From positions 872,690 through 936,689 of the forward strand of contig OY969472.1 of NCBI GenBank assembly GCA_963700155.1: 64,000 bases of DNA, given 5' to 3'. The translations under genes and the position numbers were made by a program. This DNA comes from an uncultured bacterium (GTDB lineage Bacteria > Patescibacteriota > Dojkabacteria > J137). Positions within the stretch are counted from its first letter, which is position 1. Every line of letters begins with the position of its first letter. The notes under the pieces were generated by a model, which worked only from the letters and a program-made list of their open reading frames with translations, was not told the DNA's origin and ran no database searches. Shown here piece by piece: positions 57,468 to 64,000 of this stretch.

Positions 57468-58553
57468 ATGGATACTAAAGAACCGGAGAATAAATCTGCG
57501 GGTAAATTCAACTTAAGGTTATTATTTAAAAGAAAATATGTACCAATTTATGTTGTAGTTTTAGTGGTATTAGTGTTACTAATTGCTTACTTTGTTATGG
57601 CAACTACAAGTTTTGCAGAAGGATCTTCGATTAGAAATTATCTCGAAAATGCTGGAATAGTTCCAAAAGTATCTACAGATGCAAATAGTACTAATATATT
57701 AGAAAATACTGATGACAATTCTCAACAAAATCAAGATGCTAATACTGATGAAGAAAATAATGAAGCTGGTGAGCCTAATCCAGGTGACATCAGTCCAGTT
57801 TATCCGACGATTACCAGGGTTAGTGATGGAATTGGAAATACAACTTATGACTCATTTGGTCAAAATAATATGGGAAATTGGAAGAATCCAACTATAAAAG
57901 AAGGTACAAAACTTGACATTTCAGTTACTGCTAACAATCCAAATAATCTAAATTTGTCATATAAATTTGAGTATCAGCCACCAAGTGGTTCTTTTAATTT
58001 ATTACAAGATTGGAGTTCAAGTTCAACATTTAGTTGGACAGTTCCATCAAGTGTAATCGGGAAATGGTTGTATGTTCAGGTATCTGTACGTGATTCAGAT
58101 AGTAATTATAGATTCGGAGATGCCGATGACTATACTTACCTAACTTATCAGGTGAATCCTAAAGATGCACCAGCGAAGATTTATCCAACAATTTCAAAAG
58201 TTCAAGATAGTAATGGTAACTCAACAACTAATTCATGGGGGAAATCTAATAGTGCAGGATGGGTTAGTGGGAAAAATAGAAAATTAAACGTAGGTGATAC
58301 AGTTACATTTACAATTAGTGCATCGGATCCAAATGGTGATCCACTGCAATATCAATTTATGTATCAACCGGATGGAGGTTCATTTAATGTTTTACAAGAT
58401 TGGAGTTCTTCAAAAACATTTACTTGGACAGTTCCAGAGGAGGCTGTAGGAAAAAATATTTTTGTACTTCTAGGTGTTAAAGATAATGATAAGTATTTAT
58501 TGTTTGGCGACAATGGGGATGATTATACATATATGATTTATGATATCAATTAG
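57468..58553 (+). CDS. Secreted/membrane-anchored protein with two tandem ~120-aa domains
   Basis: A TM helix is followed by an acidic linker and two homologous repeats, each starting 'YPTI(T/S)(R/K)V(S/Q)D...' and ending '...DDYTY(L/M)(T/I)Y(Q/D)(V/I)N'. Confidence 0.4.
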   Translation: MDTKEPENKSAGKFNLRLLFKRKYVPIYVVVLVVLVLLIAYFVMATTSFAEGSSIRNYLENAGIVPKVSTDANSTNILENTDDNSQQNQDANTDEENNEAGEPNPGDISPVYPTITRVSDGIGNTTYDSFGQNNMGNWKNPTIKEGTKLDISVTANNPNNLNLSYKFEYQPPSGSFNLLQDWSSSSTFSWTVPSSVIGKWLYVQVSVRDSDSNYRFGDADDYTYLTYQVNPKDAPAKIYPTISKVQDSNGNSTTNSWGKSNSAGWVSGKNRKLNVGDTVTFTISASDPNGDPLQYQFMYQPDGGSFNVLQDWSSSKTFTWTVPEEAVGKNIFVLLGVKDNDKYLLFGDNGDDYTYMIYDIN

Positions 58554-58607
58554 ATTCAGATATTATTAAAATTGATTGTGTAATTTTGTCTAAGGTCGGC
58601 GAATGTT

Positions 58608-59111
58608 TTAAGCAGCTTTCTTTTTTGCTTTGGTATTAGTTTTCTTTTTTACTGGTTTTTCTTTTTTTACTGCTACTTCTTTCGTTTCAACTTTCTTTGA
58701 TTCATTAGCTTTTGGCTCTAATGCCTTTAATATCTGGTTCAGTTTTACATTAATAGCATCCAGTTGTTGTTTGAGATCCTGATTAGAATTAGCTGAACTA
58801 TTCTGAGATTCTCTTTTATTTGTTCCCCACTCATCTCTGCTATTGTCATGTCTATTGAAATCATTACTCCTAAAAGGTCTATCATTGTTTTTTGAATTGT
58901 TGCCAATCTTTTCAAAACAATCACTGCAGTAAACTGGTTTGTTTCCTGATGGTTTAAATGGTACTTCACACTCTTTCCCGCAATTATCACAAACAGCTGG
59001 GAACATTTCATGTCTACTTTCACTTCTAGGATGATTGAAATTATTAAATCCTCTTTTTTCAAATCTATTTTCGTTTCTGTCTCTAAATCTGTTCTGGTTA
59101 AAATCTTTCAT
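58608..59111 (-). CDS. Zinc-ribbon protein with a Lys-rich C-terminal tail
   Basis: 'CDNCGKECEVPFKPSGNKPVYCSDCF' is a CxxC...CxxC ribbon. The C-terminus reads 'KKEKPVKKKTNTKAKKKAA'. Confidence 0.4.
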   Translation of the reverse strand: MKDFNQNRFRDRNENRFEKRGFNNFNHPRSESRHEMFPAVCDNCGKECEVPFKPSGNKPVYCSDCFEKIGNNSKNNDRPFRSNDFNRHDNSRDEWGTNKRESQNSSANSNQDLKQQLDAINVKLNQILKALEPKANESKKVETKEVAVKKEKPVKKKTNTKAKKKAA

Positions 59112-59303
59112 AAGTTTTATAAATAAATAAAATGATGCATGTGTAGTATAGTCTTATATATGCTAAATAGCAAAGTAAATTTAATAAGTAAAGAAATTTG
59201 GGATTTATCTTTAATATTTATTTCTCATGTATTTTTTGGTTTAGCTATATAAAAGTCTGAATAGCCAAAATACTTTTTAAAAGTCTTATGATAAATTGTA
59301 AAT

Positions 59304-59828
59304 TTAGTATTGTACTGTTACAAAAGCTTCTAATGAACCCTCATGGCTGACAATAATAACCGCATCATATTTAGCATATTTATTAATTATTTTTTCCCAA
59401 CGCTTGCTGAGTTCAATTGGCGATTCAATTTTTAAATACTTACTCAGCCCTAGGTATGTTTTTGCAGGTCGAAGTCCTTGCTTTTCGTTCTTATTAACAA
59501 GATTCCTTATTGAATCGCCATTTAAAATTCTTAAGTCTTCAGCTTCAATTTCTATTTTAAACGAACAGTTTAAAATTTCAGCAATTACTTTAGAAGTCAT
59601 TTCTGCCCGAATGGTGTAAGAATGTAAAATACAGATACTTTTGCAATCAGTAATATATTTATTTAACTTTTCAGTACTATTTCTTGTCATTTCAACTCCT
59701 CTTTTAGTTAATCTTCTTTCTTTTGAGGATTTATTTTTTTTTGTTTCTCCATGTCTGAATAGAATTAGTTTTTTCATAAATTTATTTAATAATTTTAACT
59801 CCTGTTTGAATTGAGGATGCTCCACCAT
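59304..59828 (-). CDS. Histidine phosphatase superfamily protein (PGAM/SixA-like)
   Basis: It has the catalytic 'LILFRHGET' (RHG motif) and the C-terminal 'IIVSHEGSL'. It is 174 aa. Confidence 0.6.
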   Translation of the reverse strand: MVEHPQFKQELKLLNKFMKKLILFRHGETKKNKSSKERRLTKRGVEMTRNSTEKLNKYITDCKSICILHSYTIRAEMTSKVIAEILNCSFKIEIEAEDLRILNGDSIRNLVNKNEKQGLRPAKTYLGLSKYLKIESPIELSKRWEKIINKYAKYDAVIIVSHEGSLEAFVTVQY

Positions 59829-61131
59829 GAGCTACAGGTGAAGGTGAGGCTGTCATTGCAATATCAGCAAGTTTGCCAGATATGCCAAAAACACCAACCC
59901 TAGTTGTGAAATCATCTTCGCCTACTGCACCTGTTTGTAAATCACAAAAAGGCAATTTAATATAATTTGGTTCAATTGCATCCTGTACTATTACTCCTTT
60001 ACTTCTTAATAATTCAATTTGTCTTTCAATGTCCCCTGGTCTTCCAATTCCCCTTGCACCGGATGAATCAATCTCTTTAATAAAAACCTGCTTGCCGTTA
60101 ATAATATCAGTTTCCAGTGATTTCCGATTATCCTTATTGAAAGGAATCATAGTACTAGGGATATGTTTCCTCAAAACATTTAAAACATCCGGATCAAAAC
60201 ACATCAAGAGCAACTTCTCAAGATCAGGATCATTATGAGAATTGGAGATCAATGCTAAAGTTGCTTTTTCTCCTAATAAAGGCATATTGAATGAAAGTAC
60301 ATCTATCACACCAGTAACGTACAGACGTGATATTGCTTTATTAATTCGACTCTGTTCTTCAGTTGATTTTCTAAATTCTGGTAAAGTCATTATTTTTTTA
60401 ACCATAATACTATTAAGTCCATACGTTTTTTTTATAATCCCCTCTTCACAAAGTGTCATTTCTTGTTCCGGTATAACTACTAAATTACCTCCTAATTTAT
60501 TAACGGCTTTTTCAAAGAATTTTGCTTCAACTTCGTAAAAACGTTCATTTCTCGAAAGAAGCATTCCTATTGGCTCACTTAGACTAATTTGTGAAATACA
60601 TTCTGCAAGCCCTATTCCAACCCTATCTTCAGAAAGTATTCTGCAAAGTGTTGCGTACCCAAAACCATGTAATTTAGATTCTTCAATTTCAGCAATCATA
60701 AGATCACCGCTTTTAGGATCAACAATTAAATCAAGTCTGGTGAAGGGATGATTAGCTGATATATTTGAATTTAATATTTGTTCTTCTGATTCCAAGTCCC
60801 TTGAAACTTCTTTCTTTTCTTGTGTTTCAAGAATATGTTGAAAATCATGTCCTAAGTTCAGAACTCCTCTAATATATCGAAAAATATGATCTGATCTTCT
60901 TGACTTATCATTAATTAAGCATAACTTTACAAGTCTTCCAATTGCATCTATGTATTCTGGTAAGATCGATGTTAAGTTTACGGCTTGTTCTAACTGTATT
61001 TCAGTTAATGGTATGTCTTCATTACTTACTCGAAAATTATGGCGTTCATCTAAACGTCCAAATTCTTTTAGGACAAAGGTTCTAATTTTTTCTATTGATC
61101 TGGTATCTGTTAAATGGTCAATCTTGTTCAT
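59782..61131 (-). CDS. Hypothetical protein (449 aa), first gene of the operon with the phosphatase and zinc-ribbon genes
   Basis: It has no confidently recognised motif. It overlaps the phosphatase gene by 47 nt. Confidence 0.35.
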   Translation of the reverse strand: MNKIDHLTDTRSIEKIRTFVLKEFGRLDERHNFRVSNEDIPLTEIQLEQAVNLTSILPEYIDAIGRLVKLCLINDKSRRSDHIFRYIRGVLNLGHDFQHILETQEKKEVSRDLESEEQILNSNISANHPFTRLDLIVDPKSGDLMIAEIEESKLHGFGYATLCRILSEDRVGIGLAECISQISLSEPIGMLLSRNERFYEVEAKFFEKAVNKLGGNLVVIPEQEMTLCEEGIIKKTYGLNSIMVKKIMTLPEFRKSTEEQSRINKAISRLYVTGVIDVLSFNMPLLGEKATLALISNSHNDPDLEKLLLMCFDPDVLNVLRKHIPSTMIPFNKDNRKSLETDIINGKQVFIKEIDSSGARGIGRPGDIERQIELLRSKGVIVQDAIEPNYIKLPFCDLQTGAVGEDDFTTRVGVFGISGKLADIAMTASPSPVAHGGASSIQTGVKIIK

Positions 61132-61154
61132 GTTGTTAAAATAAAAAAATAAAA

Positions 61155-61182
61155 AAAGTCCTCAATTTGTGTTGAGGACTTT
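61155..61182 (-). terminator. Hairpin AAAGTCCTCAA-tttgtg-TTGAGGACTTT followed by a long U-tract on the minus strand
   Basis: An 11-bp perfect stem sits with A14 on the plus strand just before it, which reads as U-rich on the minus strand. It lies ~25 nt upstream of the start of gene 59782..61131. Confidence 0.5.
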
Positions 61183-61308
61183 AAAATAATAAATGTAAAA
61201 ATTTACACATAGTCCTCTGGTGGATCTTTCCAGCTAAAATAGAAGTATCTTTGTATTTTTAAATTTTGTTTAGTTAACATTTCTAAAAAATTATAATTTA
61301 GGTATAAA

Positions 61309-61340
61309 AAAACCTCCTTTGCAGGAGGTTTAGTTGTTTT
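61309..61340. terminator. Bidirectional hairpin AAACCTCCT-ttgc-AGGAGGTTT flanked by A-run and T-run
   Basis: A 9-bp perfect stem is followed by 'agttgttttg' on the plus strand and by TTTTTTT on the minus strand. Confidence 0.5.
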
Positions 61341-61759
61341 GATATTTATTATTAATCTAGATATGCAAAACCTCCTGAACGAAGAAATCAGTCCAATATC
61401 CAAAAAAATATTGTTGTTTTGCAAATAAGCTCATAATCTGATTGATAATTGACAGAAATATATCACAAAATTATACGAAAGTCGATCTTTTGATAATCAA
61501 TATGTATAAAGAGTTAGATCCTATTCAAAGAAGGACACTAGAATTTTGAGACTAATTCTAAAAACAGTTCAATAGAAAATTAATATAACTGGTAATTAAT
61601 AGGCAGAATATCATTTACTGATATATATATTTTTTTCTTGTAATGATAATTTAAACTTGTAAAATATGAACATTGGAAATTTATTAAGCATAAAATTGCT
61701 AGTTTTTTGTTTTTTAATTTTTTTCGAGTAAGAATTTATTTTTTAACATTAATTAAAAT

Positions 61760-63226
61760 ATGAAATTTGTTAAAAAGTTATTGAGTAAGGTGAGTGTAGT
61801 TTTCTTATCGTTTTTTTTAGTTTTGAGTCCAGTTTCCTTTTTAACAAATTTTAATAAGGTTAAAGCAGATGACATATTAATTTCAAGTTGTGAGGATTTA
61901 CAGGGCATAAGTAACGACTTAACTGGTAATTATATTCTGACACAATCTATCGATTGTTCAGATACGCAGACTTGGAATAATTTAGGACCAACAGATTTTG
62001 AAGGTTTTATTCCACTTGGAGATGATGTTGATAGATTTACAGGAAGTTTTGATGGACAAGGGTATTCAATTTCCAATTTATATATTAATCTTCCTTCTGA
62101 CAACTATATTGGACTATTCGGAGTAATTGATGATGGAGCTTCTGTTCATGATTTAAATTTAGTAAATGTTGATATTACAGGGAGTTCAGAAGTTGGCGCA
62201 TTAGTCGGTGCTTTGAGTGGTACTGTAACTAATGTCACTAGCTCGGGAATAGTTACAGGAGATTCGGATGTTGGTGGTCTTGTTGGCTGGCATGTAGATC
62301 CTTCAGGGATAGGTAGTTCAAGCCCTTTAGTTTATACTTGGAATGGTGATAAATATACTTATGTTGCAGATGTTGGAAGGGGACTTCCTAGAAATACTGT
62401 TGGTGATGACTATACTCAAATAGATAATACCAATCTAGTTCCAAAAGATGGAAAATATTCAATGAATATTTCAGAAGAATATAATGAGATTGTTTACTAT
62501 GATGAACTAGCTTTGAATACATTCGATCATGCTCCAGGGTATAATGTTTTGACTTCATTAGTCAGAGGAACAGATGGCCAATATTTTACGGTAAGCGAAA
62601 ATCCAAGTAATCCTTTGCAATCTTGCACTGATCAGTATGGTAACGATTGTCTGAGCTCTTTAGAATCAAGCGACAACCAGTGGAGTTACAAAGATAAAAG
62701 TGATCTAAATTATTGGGATATGAATTTTGGTGATCTGTCATCAGCTTCAAGAATACAACTACTTTTTCAAGGAGCATTAGATTATTCTTCAGACTCGAAG
62801 GCAGCTTATGTAAAATACGTACAGGTAAAAGATGCAGAGGGGAACTGGGTTGATGCATATTCATCTAGTCAGCTATCAACCCCAAGTGGAGCTCCTTTAA
62901 CTGAAGTCATTGATCTAACAGATAAATTCCCAACAGATAATTATGATGTTAGAGTTGCTTTTAGTAGAACAAGGGTTAACTATTTTGCAGTTGATACCTC
63001 AGAACAACAGTCATACACAATGAATACTTACCATCCAAATTCTGCTGATTTAGAGTTTAGAGGGTATTCGTCTATTGATAAGACATATTATTGGAATCCT
63101 GATTTTGATAATGTTTCCCAAAAACCACCTGAATTGTTTGCTAATCAGGTTGGGAATTTTACGAAATATGGAGATGTTACCCCACTTCTTCAGAGTACAG
63201 ATGACCAACCAGTTAGTAATTCATAA
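61760..63226 (+). CDS. Secreted surface protein with an N-terminal GLUG-motif region
   Basis: A signal peptide 'MKFVKKLLSKVSVVFLSFFLVLSPVSF' is followed by GLUG-like repeats ('GSSEVGALVGALSG', 'GDSDVGGLVGWH') and a ~300-aa C-terminal domain. Confidence 0.5.
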   Translation: MKFVKKLLSKVSVVFLSFFLVLSPVSFLTNFNKVKADDILISSCEDLQGISNDLTGNYILTQSIDCSDTQTWNNLGPTDFEGFIPLGDDVDRFTGSFDGQGYSISNLYINLPSDNYIGLFGVIDDGASVHDLNLVNVDITGSSEVGALVGALSGTVTNVTSSGIVTGDSDVGGLVGWHVDPSGIGSSSPLVYTWNGDKYTYVADVGRGLPRNTVGDDYTQIDNTNLVPKDGKYSMNISEEYNEIVYYDELALNTFDHAPGYNVLTSLVRGTDGQYFTVSENPSNPLQSCTDQYGNDCLSSLESSDNQWSYKDKSDLNYWDMNFGDLSSASRIQLLFQGALDYSSDSKAAYVKYVQVKDAEGNWVDAYSSSQLSTPSGAPLTEVIDLTDKFPTDNYDVRVAFSRTRVNYFAVDTSEQQSYTMNTYHPNSADLEFRGYSSIDKTYYWNPDFDNVSQKPPELFANQVGNFTKYGDVTPLLQSTDDQPVSNS

Positions 63227-63236
63227 TGGTGATGAT

Positions 63237-64000
63237 ATGAATATAAGCTTCGATTATGAGGCTCCACCCGAAGGTATGGAGAGAAGTTTTGTACTCTATA
63301 GTTGGGCAACTTTTAAGCATGCTAAATTAGGAACCTTAGGAAGGACAGTTGATCCAATCCCTTATGTGGGAATGCCATCTTATTCAGAAAGTACCGTATA
63401 CCCTCTGACAGAAGATAATATTAATTATTTAAACACATGGAATACTAGAGTTATAACTGGAAGTACAGGAGGAAGTAGCACAGTAATAACATCTTCATCT
63501 AGTGCTGATGTTTCGGGATATGAGAATGTTGGTGGATTGGTTGGATATAACGATGATGATAAACTAATTACTGGTTCTTCTGCTACAGGTAATATCTCTG
63601 GAGAAGGAGAAGAAGTTTACTATTTAGGAGGATTAGTTGGTGAGAATTATGGTACGGTTACAGAGTCTCATGCAAGCGGGGATGTTACTGGAGGTACAGA
63701 CAGTTATTATTTAGGAGGATTAGTTGGCGATAATGAAAATGAAATCAATACAAGTTACGCTATAGGAAATATAGAAGGATACGAAGATATAGGTGGCTTG
63801 GTTGGGTATAATGATGGTGAGATTCTCGCAAAGTTATGCATCTGGTAATGTTAATGGGATTGTTGATAGTGAGTATATTGGAGGACTAGCTGGGTATAGC
63901 GATGGGGAAATATCAGAAAGTTATGCAACTGGTTCAGCTAGCGGAGATTCATATATAGGAGGATTATTGGGATATAATGATGATTATATAGAAAATTCAT
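63237..64000 (+). CDS. GLUG-repeat protein, 3'-partial, with an apparent +1 frameshift near 63823
   Basis: The ATG at 63237 is preceded by GGTGA. It has repeated '...YYLGGLVG(E/D)N.G.(V/I)..S.A.G...G' units. The track ORF ends at 63848, but frame 1 continues as 'SQSYASGNVNGIVDSEYIGGLAGYSDGEISESYATG...' to the window end. The 63075 start in the ORF track is an over-extension. Confidence 0.45.
63621..63727 (+). repeat. Intragenic tandem DNA repeats (period ~87 bp) encoding GLUG units
   Basis: The 20-mer 'tatttaggaggattagttgg' occurs at 63621 and 63708. Confidence 0.5.

Noticed and set aside
61203-61424. A 73-aa minus-strand ORF in the long intergenic region
   Set aside because: Its frame runs straight through a perfect terminator hairpin and has no Shine-Dalgarno. 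It is more likely non-coding and possibly part of an sRNA.
63075-63236. The ORF-track 5' extension of the GLUG-repeat gene (MIRHIIGILILIMFPKNHL...)
   Set aside because: The extension overlaps the 3' end of the preceding gene in another frame and is not protein-like. A good start (GGTGA-4 nt-ATG) sits at 63237, right after the upstream stop.
1-64000. Alternative genetic code (UGA or UAG recoding, as in some CPR lineages)
   Set aside because: All long genes, such as the 693-aa ACD, 612-aa KorA and 654-aa cyclase, translate end-to-end with the standard code and show conserved motifs. The single in-frame TAG at 4291 is isolated.
1-64000. CRISPR arrays, rRNA genes, integrases, transposases, and a reverse transcriptase or diversity-generating retroelement
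   Set aside because: I saw no regularly spaced direct repeats, no rRNA-like conserved blocks and no integrase or transposase motifs in any frame. I also saw no reverse-transcriptase YxDD motif. The only tandem DNA repeats are intragenic GLUG-encoding units.

Overview
This is an AT-rich, compactly coded stretch of a bacterial chromosome, most consistent with a small-genome fermentative bacterium of the Candidate Phyla Radiation/Patescibacteria type; the taxonomic guess is inference only.

The first ~28 kb is dominated by a near-complete Embden-Meyerhof and fermentation gene set. Glycolytic genes present:
- archaeal-type triosephosphate isomerase (5' partial)
- archaeal-type class I fructose-bisphosphate aldolase
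- 6-phosphofructokinase
- phosphoglycerate kinase
- GAPDH
- pyruvate kinase
- glucose-6-phosphate isomerase
- enolase

Fermentation genes present:
- L-lactate dehydrogenase
- a two-subunit 2-oxoacid:ferredoxin oxidoreductase
- an ADP-forming acetyl-CoA synthetase
- a flavodoxin

These are interleaved with lineage-specific ORFans, a peptidoglycan gene (MurB) and a few small GC-rich cassettes.

The middle of the window carries:
- a DsbB/BdbC gene and one tRNA-Arg(TCG)
- a type IV pilus/pseudopilus locus: prepilin peptidase, four pilin-like genes including a 649-aa pilin-like protein, GspF, GspE and a major pilin with its own promoter and hairpin
- a MacB/FtsX-type ABC exporter
- an OmpR-type two-component pair
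- a DnaQ-exonuclease/GIY-YIG (Cho-like) nuclease
- an alpha-glucan phosphorylase
- a membrane-anchored cupredoxin
- a FecR-domain/CHASE2-adenylate-cyclase signalling pair

The last ~13 kb carries:
- a GIY-YIG+ASCH fusion nuclease, next to a frameshifted ABM-monooxygenase pseudogene
- secreted/surface glycan-active proteins: GH16, BNR-repeat, SH3b, and a tandem-domain protein
- a SWIB-domain protein
- a zinc-ribbon/histidine-phosphatase/large-ORFan operon
- a 630-bp intergenic region with two strong terminator hairpins
- GLUG-repeat surface proteins carrying an apparent frameshift

I found no rRNA, CRISPR array, integrase or transposase. Every call rests on motif recognition by eye in the supplied translations and DNA; no database search was possible.
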